Below are positions 22,762 through 35,649 of a stretch of DNA of 64,000 nt, one piece after another (the first letter of the stretch is position 1; every line of letters begins with the position of its first letter). Origin of the DNA: Perkinsus chesapeaki ATCC PRA-425 (Eukaryota; Protista; Perkinsozoa); assembly GCA_013115145.1 (NCBI GenBank), contig JAAPAO010000080.1:24223-88222 (forward strand). The letters are read 5' to 3'. The notes below the pieces were generated by a model. That model saw only the letters and a list, made by a program, of their open reading frames with translations, made no database searches and was not told the origin of the DNA. A program made the position numbers and the translations under genes.

Positions 22762-25128
22762 ATGACTCAGTCCACTACATCGACCGACAGGCGGACGGAA
22801 GACCACCTCCCGCCACAGTTGGCCACACTTGACGATGTCGAAGAATCACTGAGGGCCTTTCGGAGGGAAGTGAATGCTAAACTGGAATCGATCCACAGAA
22901 AGGTAGGCGACGACGTATAGTAGTCGATGCGGTCGAGCTGGCAGCAGGTGGACATGCTACTGAAGCAGCAAGACCTTTGCTATTCCTCACCGGCGTCATC
23001 GGCAAGCTGGCCGCATCACATCACTCCAGAAGGGCCCAGGGAATTCGTACTAGGTAGTTTGCCGTGCTGTGAAGGACGGGTGCCATCGGTCTGACAGGCA
23101 ATCGAGAGCTGCTCACGGGAGTAGTCCTCTTCCTTGCCCAAGCTGATGTTGTCCATCTCGGTATGGCATCCACGCTCACAGCCGTTGCTCTGGGTGTCGC
23201 ACAACAACAACAGCAGCAGCAGCAAATGCACGAAGGCGGATTCAACAGTGGATACCTGCTGCTCTTGCCCCACATTCGGGTGGGCCAGCTCTCCTATCTC
23301 GAGGGCTTTACAATCCTGCACTATGGTCGCGTCTCACTCCAGTGAAATCTGTGTCTGTAAGGTGCCCTCGCAGAATAGCAGCCGGTTCCCCTTCCAGAAG
23401 GTGGACTGGCAGCAGGTCCGCTCCCTCACCATCAGCTCGACCTCCCTAGTCTGGATTAAAATGCACGCCATTGCCACTGGCCGGGCAGCTCTGGTTCTGG
23501 ACGCCCCGATGGACTTCCGCCTCTGTCGACTACAACGCATCTGCATCAGTCCCGCTACACGGAAAAGAGATACCACACAATCGCAGAGAGCAATGCAGGT
23601 GGTGCTTTCCCCTCGACCCGATCGACTAGCTGCCAGCGATGCCTCCATACAGGTGCTGGTTCGGTGCATGCTTTCCCCAGCTGCGAGGTCCCTCACATCC
23701 ATCTGGGTTCATGTCCCCCCTGAGGTGCCTTACATACAGTGAGACCCTGTGGAGCCCTCCCCTCAGGTTAACTGCGAGTCCGCTGTCACCGCCTTGGAGC
23801 CGCCCAGGAGGCCTCTTACCTACCTGGGCTTCCTGCCGGACGCCGGCCTGTGGAACGTCGGTTCGGACATGCCATCGTGGCCACTCAGTGCACGTTGGGT
23901 TCACCCGGCTATTGTCAACTCGCAAGCCTCTCTGAGGTGTTATTCACTGTTGATCACCTCCCTGCATTCCACCGCCGCTCTTCAGACGTGTCCAACTCAA
24001 CGGCGTGATACTCTCGAACATAACCTCCTTCGGAGGAGTGTCTGCCCAAGAGAACTTCGTGGACAGAGTGGTGCAGGTGAAGGCCTTCTAGCAGCCTTCT
24101 AGTAGCCTCATGAATGATAATTAGGCGATGGCCAAGTTGGAGGCATTGGAGAGCCTTTCGTTAGTGCTCCGGTTCCCCGATGGCAGCGGCCAGACGGTCG
24201 AAACAATGTCACTGTTGAGGCTGCGCATGGCACATCCAAATCATGTTTACCTCTGCCAACGAAGGCAAGGCAGGTCCGGCCCGTTGTTAAGGTGAGCCGG
24301 GCGGGGGGGAGGCCTGCTGTTATCCCATAGTCATCAGTTTGACGCTCGGAGCAGCTCGTGATGAAGAACACAACTTGGAGACAGATCGAGCACTAGCACA
24401 CTACAGCCGTATCCAGCAGTGGACCGGGAGAAGCGTGTACATCTCAGAGATGTAGCCCACACCGTAACCGACAGCATCACAGTCCGCTCCCAGGGGACTT
24501 TTCCTGCCATCGGGACACAACGGCTCCGGGGGGACTGGTCGTGATGCGACGGCGATGGCCCAACAGCCTGTTGGCCAACAGGCGTCGGGCCGTCCGCAAA
24601 GCAGCATGCCTCCATCTTTGTTGCTCCCTAAATGGTGAGGGTATCGATCGCCATTGAAGTTTAATCGGCGCTTTCAGGGGTGAGCTGCCGCAGCCCACGC
24701 AGCAGCTATGGGACGAAGTGATATGTTTAGCGGTGAAGCGTCTGCATGATAAAGTGAAAAGTCGGACGCAGAGGTCGTTGGCCCCGATAGCCACCGAGCT
24801 TAGACGGGCTATCGCAAGGCAACATTGATGCTACCATATGCTTCCCGCATGTTTCATAATAGTTAAGCTCTTTGTGTTGCTCATAGAAGTGCTTTTCTGG
24901 TGACCACAGAGCCAACCTGTGAATGCTACTATGACCACCGCAAATATCTCGCTCGAGAGACTCGATCTTTCGGCACTAAAGGATTCAAAGGAGCCCTCCT
25001 CTGAGTGCCCTCCTCCACCTCCCACCAGCCCCAGAGAAAGCGACACTCCATTCAGTAGATACGTGTTAAGAATGAGAAACATACGAGCCACCGCAGAGGT
25101 GTTTACATCATCATCACCACGAAACTAA
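22762..25128 (+). CDS. Hypothetical multi-exon protein(s): N-terminal coiled coil, polyQ, Leu-rich segments
   Basis: MTQSTT..LDDVEESLRAFRREVNAKLESIHRK|QVDMLLKQQ; QQQQQQQQMHEGGFNSGYLLLLPHIRVGQLSYLEGFTILHY; KLEALESLSLVLRFP; terminal ORF 24919-25128. This could be more than one gene. Confidence 0.35.
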
Positions 25129-25799
25129 TTCTATACAGCGATAGTCAGGCACTTGGTAAAATAGAAGGTTGTAAAACAGTTCCGTATGCAAATCGATTTA
25201 ATCGACCTGTCCCTTACTCCACGGGAAGTGAGCGAATCGGCTACAGTTTCCGGAGAGCGATTCTCTCAGGATCAGATTGGCCTTCACGGCGGGAGGAAAT
25301 TAGGCGAGTCGAAGGGCAAGCTGATTTGCTCCAGCGTGCAGGGTAACCATATCGTGTTGGTATGGTGAACAAGATGGCTTATAGGTTTACACAGTCTACA
25401 CGTTCAGTTCATAGGCCTGCCCCTCGGGTTAGTACCGATGGCTACGAGGCCGACCGGTCACAGCTTGCCCCCTGCAACGGAGCTACTTTTGATCCTTTTA
25501 GTGATACTTTGTTTGCTTCTGTTGTTAAGGACAAGCCAGATTATGTTTTTAAAGATAACGGATGCGAATTCTAGTCCGACAACAAAGCTTATGCGAGGCC
25601 GACACGGTGATTTGTGTTGCGGAGCTGTTGGCTTGCGTTTAAGTACATATTTTGAACTCCTTGAACGAAACAAAAGGTGTAATGAAAGAGCAATCACAGC
25701 GTGCAAGGGGGCTCGATGGCCAACCACCATCTGCGAGAGGGGGCTTCGGAGATTATAATAGTTATTATTATCGTCGTAGTCAACAATGAAAATTATAAT

Positions 25800-28017
25800 G
25801 TGTGCTCAGGAGGAGTGCGCAGCTTGACGGTGACAGTTTCTAATTGTCTTCAATAGGCGATTCCCGTGTTCTGACAAGTGCCGGGAGGGTGTTATATTAG
25901 GGCCTTGTATCGCTATTGACCCACGTTTACAGATGGCTGGTATACCTGATACACACTAATGAAAATAGATCATACAGGCCTTATTACAATCAGGCTTGCG
26001 GACAACGCAAGTGGACAACAGCGTACTGCCATGTCTATTATTCACGACGGAGAGGAGGGAGTCATCTGAGGCGAGAGAGAAAATGCAGCCGTGGGCGCCA
26101 CTGGGTGACTCTTCTAACTGGTAGTGGTGATGGAATCGATGAGGCGATTCAGGCAGTCCCCGGCAGGAAGCACTTCGACGACTGCCTCGACTGTGGAGAG
26201 GCAGGAAGTGTCGCCCAACAGTTCGGCCATTTTAGCCATCATTTCCGCGGCAACTTCAACAAGTTCTTTGGGACTAAAATGCGGCTAGAGTAACGATCTT
26301 CAACGGGAATGGTCGGGCTTACGGATCGTGCTTAGCATACTTCAACTGACGTGTGATCTCAAGTAACACTTTAGAGCCAGCGACATCTTGGGCCACTTTA
26401 AGGAAATCAGGGCAGGAGATCAATTCCTTCAGGAAGCGGCAGACGTCCGAGCTGAGGTCAGCGTGGTGCTGCCGAAGGAGGAATGTAGCCTACGGATCGG
26501 CGTGGTGGCAGAGCTGCTGTATGAAATAGTTGCCGTAGCGGTCTGTGGCCAGCTCGCGAATCTTAGGTAACGATTCCTCTACAAAGGATCGGATCTCATC
26601 GGGTCGAGCATTTCCAGATGACAGATGGTCCTGTGAGAGAGAGCATGACCCACTCAGTGTTGCCAATACTTACCTGCAGTAGTCGGGAGCCTGCTCCTCC
26701 CAAAGCAAGAGATACAACACGACCGGACAGTGTTGCTCCGGAGTCCTTCCTTCTCTGATTGCTGCTGCCACTCGTCTTACGGCCTGCCACCTCCTTTCGC
26801 CCAGTGGACTTCACAGCAGCTCTTGTTGTTGGGGCGGCCTGCCGTCTACGGTGGGCATCCCTATGCTGTTGCTCCTGTTGCTGCTGTTGCTGTTGCTCCT
26901 GTTGCTCCTGTTGCTGCTGTTGTTGTCGTGCTCCAATGTCATAGTTTCGGACTAAAGTGGTATCCGTAAAACACACTGCATGACGGCGAGGAAATACAAA
27001 TTTCCGAAGTTGCATGCAGCTGGCCGAGTATCCAAGCTTGCTGCTGCAGGAGAGCCAGCTGTTGGACCAGATCATGCTCCGAGCTGCTCAGCAATGGCGC
27101 AAGCCCACCCGAAGCCGCGGACTGAGCGAGTGTATGGAACACGAACACGATAAGGCCTCCCCCGGCGCTCACGCTGATAGGACAGTCCCAAGGGTAACAA
27201 GTAAGCGGCGATGTCCCTGTTGGCATCGAACCATTCTGAAGTAGCATTGATGATGATGACGACTGTTGCTGATGATGATGCTGTGGCGGGGCGAGGTCAC
27301 CGATGGTACTTTCTGAAAGCTGAATTTCAAGTCATTACCCATTGCAAGCCACCTTTAGATTTTTGTAGGGTGCTAGTCCTATACTCTTCCGAAGAGCTTC
27401 CCGAGGAGTCCTCCCAACTAGACACGGAGCTTTCTGAGAGAGAGCGCTGCCTATTGCTCGAGCCGGCTGGAAGCGGCGGCGGCACCAACGGGAAAATAGG
27501 CGGCGAATCCAGTAGACTGAACCTGCCACTGGAACGTCTCACTCTCGCTGAGGTAGTGGCCGCCCTACGAGTTGGAACCGGGAGCTCGGAAGGGGATACT
27601 ATCGGGCATATTTCCACCGGGTGCGAGCTCAGCTAGGCCGGGGAAAGCCCCCTGTGAAATTGTGTGGTCTGAGTGCTGCGGGAAAAGGCCTGGTGGCAAC
27701 TGAGCCTCGTCTGCCTTATTCTGGTCGGTTGTCTGTTGAGTGACAAGTCTAGATCAGCAGGCGTATGGTTCCCACCATCGGGGCTATTGGAATGCCACGG
27801 ATGGTCCCCTCGGCGGTAGGATAGTCCAAGAATGGGTCAGGAGTTGGGGCGAAGGGGGAGGAGGATCTGCGCAAGCTCGGCTGGACCAATAGCTTAGCTC
27901 GTCGTAGGCTCACCGCCAGGTCATGCTGGAGAATTCTCTACCGGCGATAACGTCTCGGGAGTCGTCTACGCCGCCCTGTACGGGATCGGTCTCTTGGCCG
28001 GAAGGCGAAGCGAGCAT
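25800..28017 (-). CDS. Pumilio/PUF-family RNA-binding protein with divergent repeats
   Basis: PUF repeats LSGRVVSLALGGAGSRLLQ, IRELATDRYGNYFIQQL, LKVAQDVAGSKVLLE and LSVVNNRHGSTLLS, preceded by a Ser/Pro-rich and polyQ/E N-terminal region. Likely start MLASPSG at 28017; 3' end unresolved. Confidence 0.72.
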
Positions 28018-28252
28018 CTTGAAACACTTTACTTGAGAGATTTCGTTGAAGTTCCAGGGAGCTATGACAAACTCAAAACAGATGCGCCGCAGCAGCACTG
28101 CTGTAGCGTCATCGTTTTACGAAACTTATCAATCAACTACATTCACGTCGGGAGAGAGAAGGGCCGACAGGAGGCAGCTGTCCAAGTGTTCAGGGCTATA
28201 TAAGGGGAGAAGGTGCAATGAGATAATAGGACGTGGGAGACAAGATAGATGC

Positions 28253-31200
28253 TCAACCAAGATGCAATGGACGATCTGCCAGGGGGCCGCCACCGTTACC
28301 ACCACCGACAGTAGACTCAGCGGGTGGCTGGTGACGCAGTATAAGTGTACTGGATTCTAGCGGCCGCCAACGACCGACATCAACCTGGTGAATGAGATGA
28401 TTATGATGGTGACGAGAGGTGACTCACTTGAGTGTCATCCATTTTAATAAATGTACATGAAGTTGTGTCGGAGTGTAGCAGTCGCCATCGTGCAAGTTCA
28501 GTTTCTGACACCCCTAGCTTCTCGCCTGAAAGCGGCACCATATGTGACTTTGGTAGCGGCGGGTACGTTACTAATCCTCCGCTGAATTTCGCTCCCTGAA
28601 ATTGGGCCGCAAGGAAGATTGACGAAAAAAATATGCCCGAACAGGGCACTGCCGTTACGAGTAGCGTGGACCCTGAGAAGGAGGCAGAGTCGGAGGGGAG
28701 GCCTCCTGGGCTGGCAGCAGAGGCCCGCGGATGTACACGGGGATCACTTCTTCGTTCTTCTTCTTTTCCACACTCTCTTCAATTCGGAGGTAGTTCCCAT
28801 CGACCCGGCCCGAGAAGATATCGACCTTATCGGCACACGGCAGCTCGGAGACCCGCATGTCCTCGAAGGCCCGTGACGAGGGGTCTTCCGAGTCCAGTCT
28901 GAAAGGTTAGTCAGCGGTGGTGGAAGGTCGAGAAGGATACTCACAACATAATAATCTTCCGCTGGGGGTGCTCCGAGGTACCTTGACAAGGCGCAGTAGT
29001 TACCATGGCTCGAATGCCAGATTGAGTCGCGAATGTGACCTGAAGAAGGTTAGCACACCCCGATCACCAAGTACGTACGTTGGCCTCCTTGAGAGCATCC
29101 AAGGCTGACCCGATAGCTTCGGTCAGCTTCTCCTCCGGGGACGGCCACACCACGGTGGCCCCTATCTCACGAGGGCCGTCGAATCTGGTATCCAAGATCC
29201 GCAGCATACAACAAGTCGGACGCTTACGCTCGACACATCAGCGGCATCGCTTCTGGTGGCAAATTGGAAGGCCTTTGCAAAAACACTAAGTGCAGCGTGG
29301 GGTGCCTGGACAGCAATGGTGAGAGCCAATAGAAGAGAGAGGCGTTACGCGAAGGGCTCGGTGGTAGAGAAGGGTTCTCCTCCCCCCTTGGCCAACTCGG
29401 ACAGATCGAGACGGACACTCGCAGTGGCGCCACCGGCACCAGACTCTAGTGGTATCATGAACGGATCGTACGGGTACCTGCAGAGAGCTTTTAAGCAAGG
29501 CCTGTGGACACAATAGGAGCTGTTACATATAAAGCATGCAGCCGGGGAGCTGAGATAGAGCAGCGGGCCTAACAGGACACCAGGCGTTACACTGCCGAGG
29601 ATGTGTAGCCTACACAAGTGGCGAAGGATTTTTGCTGTCTCTGTTAGCTGTCACTAAATTAGCAATGGCATCGTATAAGGGTATGCGAACCTAAGGAAGG
29701 CGAAATATCTGCCTGCCTGGTGACGGCATCTTACATCCACCAACATATCGTGCTTGCTGCAGCACGGCTTGGTTCCTGCCACTACTGGCGGCGGCGGCGG
29801 AGGGGGCGGAGCGGGGAGCATATCTGTCTCTTTGGCGTACATTACACCGGGGCCGTGCAAAGGCGTGAACGGGTCATGCACCACAAAGGATACAGGCGCC
29901 GAGTGCTTCAAGACCTCAAAATAGTCGGGTAACTAATCGGGTTGCCGGTAGAGAGATTGAGGATAGATCACCGCCGCCGCTTTACTGTGTTGGCTCCTTC
30001 TTCGTACCACTGCACCACAATGACCTCCCCATCTGCTATATTCCTCTCGTACCTCCCAAGGACATCCTGAGGAAGAAGAGAACAGAGTGAGAACTACTGA
30101 TGCGACGCTTTACATTGAACCCGGACTTTTTCATGTCCCCGAGGGCATCCACTTCGATGGCAACGCCGTTGCGCTCGAGGAACCTGATAGGCCAGTGCAT
30201 GCCAATCAACCTCGGAAGAATCTTACATCTTCCAATCTGTCCGCTCCTCCAGGTTCACACTGCTCTTCCCCGTCTCCGAATCCCGACGATATTTACTATT
30301 GAGGATATAGCTGAGGAGTTTCGCACTGTATCCCCCGTGAACCTAACGTGGCTGCTCACCGAGCGGCCCTGACCATCCCCGCAGGGGACGGGGTTATTGT
30401 GGCAGTTGTTATGAAATTAAGGGTGGAGTTGAAGATGTCGAAGTAGCGCAGTATCACCAGACGAGATTTTCTGCCCAAGTGGATTCCTGAGAGGCAGATG
30501 CCGTCACCGCCGAGTCAGTGGTGCTGTGTTCTACCGGCGACCGACTTGCGCCCGAATTGATCTGGAACTTCGAGCTTAGGCACAGCCTTCTCATCAGCTA
30601 GCATCATGATCATCACAGGTCTCGGTACTTGGCCAGCTAGACAGTACACTGTTAGTCCCTCCTCCTCGTTACTGCAGTCGAGGTCCCTCCTACCTAGGGG
30701 ATGCTCTCGGCAGGCGCTGCGAGGCAAACACATGCCCAGGAAGTAGCCGCCGATAACCTCAGTGAACCTACGTGGTAATTGACAGCTCGACTCATTCACA
30801 GCAGCGCTCTTACTTTATCGTCGATGCTTCGTTCGATGATGGGCTGCCATCCACCCTACCAAGCTGGTATATCTTCGTGGCTTGGCTTGGCGGTGATTGC
30901 CCCCCGCCGCCGCCGTTCGGTACAGCACTGGTGTGTCTAATGCCAGGAGTGTTAGGAAGATTATCAACCTGAAAATGAGGACGGTGGCTTGCTATAGAAC
31001 TCATCGGGTGCTACCAAGGTGCCGGAGCTGACGATAGTGTGAGTGGTCCCAGCCGGCAGCCCGGGCTCATTTGGGTTCTTAACCAGCGCGTCCATAACTG
31101 AGAACAAATGAAAGGTGGGCAGCAGCGTCAGTTTTCCTTAAGGCGTTTTTTCTCACCTTGATCCACCACAGTGGCTGGATTCCAGACGCCCTGGTGGGAT

Positions 31201-34200
31201 AAGAGCTGCACTAGGGAGATGTTGGATAGGCAGACAACGCTAACGTCAAACAGCTGGTCCACAGGCTCCCCCTGAGAGAACACTCCGGTAGGTAGAATTC
31301 ATCCGTCGCGGACTACCTCTGGACTGCTGCCTTCTTCGGAGGTTCCTTTAGCGCTAGGATTCGAGGAGGTACCTGACGGATGTATGAGAAGGAATAGTGA
31401 ATCGGGCCCCTACTGGTTGGAGTGTTGGTCGAAGCCAATAGGCGACGATAGAGATGTGGATTAACCTCTGACAGCGAGCAAGGCTTCATTACCCAGTCCA
31501 GTGCTGAACGCCTAACAAGCAAGCCAGTGGAGCCAGAGAGAGAAAATATTGAGCTTGGAAATATCTAATGCCCTTCGACATAAGATTCTTACCTTATATA
31601 GACGAGTATGTAAGCGCTATGAGTTTTATACGTCCGCCCTTGAGAAGTCAGAGAGGAGCGTCGACCAGCGGAGCGAAATGGTTTAGGAGACTCAGTCGAC
31701 GCAACGAAGGGATTGTCCAGCTCGACTGGGCTCGGGCCGCCAAAATTATCGTCAACCTGACAAGGCCAATACCCACACTATGTAAGAGTGCCTATATTAA
31801 CACAGTACTATTGACTATATAGGATTTCAATGATAATATCAAAAGTCAGTTTTCGGGTTTCGGGTTTTTGTAGTATGTCCTTACTAAGGGAAAGTTATAT
31901 GCTAATATAGTACCGTTATGTAAAGCTAACAATGACGTAGAAGCCACCGAACCATATCAGCTTACCGCGGCCTCTTTGGATACTCGTGTGACATTCTCAT
32001 CATCAAAGCGATACCTAACAAGGAGAAGTTACCATTGGACGCTTTTGAGGTTCATCACCATTTATCTTCTCCTCCAGACTGACCCAGCTCTGGCCGGACA
32101 AAGGCATAGTAGTGGCCACCGTAAACGTTACCGTTATGGACCAGCACTGTGTGGAGGACATACTCACTATCGGCTGGATCAGATGGTGGTTCATAGAGCT
32201 ACAGTGAGGAGGATGTTAGGGGGGCAGCGAGAGGATCGCCGTCGTACATAGGGGGACATGTCCAGAACGTCTCCGAACTGGAAGTACTCGTTCACCTTCT
32301 GCATATCCATGGTATCCATTGAAAAACAAAAACGCTTCAGTTGAACAGTGAACACTGGTGGCATCGACAACAGCCTGCCAAGGATCAGAATCGACCTCTT
32401 ATCAGATACCCCTACCTGAGCCCCTTTTTCGCTCGTTGCTTTCCATAGCCCTCCGCCTCGTATCTACACAGCAGTAAGGTGATAACAGCATGCCAGCTGC
32501 TAGTATTATAGTATTACTTGTCATCGCCATCCATAACCTCCGTCTGAAAGTACTCCTTCAGGGAATCCTCCACCGAGCCAAGCGGCTCGCCGGTCAACGA
32601 TAAAACGTTGAGCTGAAGGCAGTGGAGATATATAGTAGGACCAACTACTGAAGCGGCCTGGCCAAGCCTACTTGCAGATCGTAAAAGACTTCCTCTTTGG
32701 TACTCTTATAGTCGACATCCATGCACTCTATGTAGTTCTCCAGCTTGCCGACGAAAAGATCTCGTATGAGCTTGTCCGACTTGGACGGCTTCAGCATCTG
32801 GCAAAGATATCAATATCCTCCTCAAAATGACCCCTCACCTCCTCCAGTTTGTCACACAGAAGCCGAGAGAGCTCCTGGGCATCCTGTTGCGTGAAGAGGT
32901 CAGCTGTGTCCCATCCGAAGGCCCTCACCAGAGCCTCGGAGCTCACGGCTTTGCTGCTACCGTTGCCGTCCTCCGACGAGGCTCTCGAGACTCTCCCTGC
33001 AGCAGACCAAGTCCACCACATCACCGGCGGTCTGCCTACCGTTCATCCCGCGGGAGGACTCTGATGGCGGAGGAGTCTCCAGAGGATGCAGACCTCGCTC
33101 CAGTTGAAAGAAGACGCTCTGCAGCGCCAGGACGATCTGGAGGCCGTTCGATGTCGACCGGCTCGGCGAAGAGGGCTGAGGGAGCAGCTTTCCCGTGTCC
33201 GCTGCCAACGTCGAACAGTACCTTAAGGAAGGCGACCTACAGCAGCAACGAAAGCTAGCGAGGCTTCCTACACTATCCGACGGAATTGCGGTATGAGGAA
33301 TAAGCTCTGCAGTAGGCCATTGAGGTAGCACGTGGCACCAAGATTCTCCAGGCCAAGATAAGGTATAATCGGACCACCCAAGTCTGGCCTATTCCCCTGA
33401 AAACAGGATCACAATCTCCATTGGCAACCAGCCCGTACCGAAGACTCCACGCCCAGTCTGAGTGGGCGAGCCATGGCCCGTATAAGGAACCGACCATGAT
33501 TGTCAAGCCTGAAAGCGAATGCCTCGCATCAACCTAAGATACCACCCCCCTTACCAGCCCTCATCCATCAGCTTGGATATTCCCGGTGAAGAGCGGCAGT
33601 CGTGATGGACCAGATTCCGCCATCCACTGAGGTAGAAAAGCACTACTGGAATATAGGCTTAAAAATTGCCCATTAATTTCACCGTAATGGATACGCTGGT
33701 TAATCCTGAGAACTCCGAAAACAACCGGGAATTTGCCGAAGTCCGACAGCCGAGTTTCATTGGCAACGAGCGCAGACGAGCGGGAAACGGTGTAGTGGAG
33801 AGGGCTCACCAGTCAGAGCTTTGATAAGTAAAAGCTTTACGATCCTGACGGAACGCACTCTTCTCTGGTCTCCTGAGGCAGAGGTCATCAAAGTGAGCTC
33901 TGGAGAATCTTTCGCTCACTTAAAATTGACCAGACTGATTGTGAAGTTGACAAAGCGCAGCGACCAGTGGTCCGGGAAGTATCTAAGGGCAGAACTTGGT
34001 CGGGAGAATCTTGCCTGCGTTGGAGTAGTACCGTCCAGGCTCTGAGCCAAGTCCTCGTTTCTCTGGTGGAACAATCTCGAGGAATGCCCCAAGACTGTAG
34101 TCCAATGCGTTACGACAACATTCATTGGTACCGCAGGGATACACAAGCAAGCGGTAGCCAAAGCACCTATACAGCAATAATAATGTAACAACACTGCAAG

Positions 34201-35095
34201 CAAATTGTAAGAATATGATATAGTACAATTTCTATTATATCGATTTTTCCCATCGCTGGCAGCTGTTGGTTAGAAATTGTCATTCTGCCGACAGGTGCCA
34301 GTAGAGCTGACTACGTAGCCTTGTGAACTTGTACATAGTCTAGTAAGTCTACTACCCTTTGAACCATGATAGATCTACTCCCCCGTACAGCCAAGTGGCC
34401 CTCACTACCTTCGCAGTATTACTAGAAGTGCACTACACAACCTTCCATATACCTACCCAGCGTTCTCTATCTCCTTCGATCTCAATGAACTCTTCGCTTT
34501 CCTGTTTTTCTCAGCGCACATATCCACCCACATTTCCAACTCCCCTTCCCTCAACGGTGGCAGCTCCCTCGCACTCTTGTCATTTCCGTCACCATCCCCT
34601 CCTGCCCTCGAGTCGTCATCTTCCACCTGCCCGCTAGCTTCCGACGTTACACTAGCGATGTCCTCCGCCTCCTCTGAAGTATCCTCTGGTGTCGGCGACG
34701 ATCCTCTTCGATCATCGGACACTCGAAGGATCCTAAACACAAGTTGGCTCCATCCATCCATCAGCAAACACCGCAGCGTTCTACTTCGCTGGCGGCTCGC
34801 CAAGCTCCTCCAGCTCCACCATGCCATCTTTCATCCCCCTCCCTAACTGCGGCACATCTTGGCTTGTGGCCAGTAGGAGACCCTCCTCATCCCGTTTGTG
34901 TTGCCCGGCTGCCCCGCCGCTGTCCCGCTTGTCTTGCATTGTATTTAATTCATCCCGTTTATCAATACCTCTCTTTGTAGGGGAAGGATGAGGTCCCGTG
35001 ATGTCAGCAGCCACCTTCCCTTTACTATCAGGTATCCGAGGTCGACGCTCGTCTCCAGCGGAGGTCATAGCAAGGGCTATCACTGACCAAGCCAT
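28253..35095 (-). CDS. USP7: USP7/UBP12-like deubiquitinase (MATH + USP catalytic domain + C-terminal Ubl-like region)
   Basis: MATH region: YRLLVYPCGTN..SLGAFLEIV, WSLRFVNFTISLVNF. Cys box GLENLGATCYLNGLLQSL; AFGWDTADLFTQQDAQELSRLLCDKLEE; His box VLVHNGNVYGGHYYAFVRP; WYRFDDENV. C-terminus EKLGVSETELARWRL..LADRPLHLG* (TGA 28253-28255). Confidence 0.9.
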
Positions 35096-35649
35096 TCCAT
35101 GTCCTCCTCTGACTCCTACTTAACACAACAGCATCGGCCCGCGCAACAGTGATGGTAAAAGAAACGAATAGTGTATAAAATGCTTCTGTAATTTATAGCT
35201 TGTAAATGAATTCTCCTTCCTTGCTGCTGCTGTTGCTGTTTATCCCCACTTCCTCTTAGCTGCACCATAACCATCCTTCATCCATCCTCCTACCTTCTTG
35301 CCACCCTTCTTAGTGTAGTCCCATGTCACCTACCACACATAGATACATCCAACCCTCTCAAAAAATCTATGACAGAGTAGGAAATAGTCCAGTCGACACC
35401 ACACTATTACTTTAATCATAATGCTGTATATCGTTTAATAATGAAAAGATATTATTATTTCATTATTAAGTATATTAATATTGATGTTGTGATACTTCTA
35501 GATATATTACTCTATTATACCATCATAATTTATAGTATCCATCATACATAAAATAATGTGTACTATTTTCGCGACACCTGGCCCTAAGCAGTCTACAAAG
35601 GTGATGGCGAGATTTCAGACCCCAATCCAGGATGGCTGATAGATACCCC

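Noticed and set aside
33983-34040. Apparent GC-AG intron in the USP7 MATH region
   Set aside because: A canonical GT donor slightly upstream (CG|gtactac) gives the correct frame (EPGR-YFPDHW), so a non-canonical donor is not needed.
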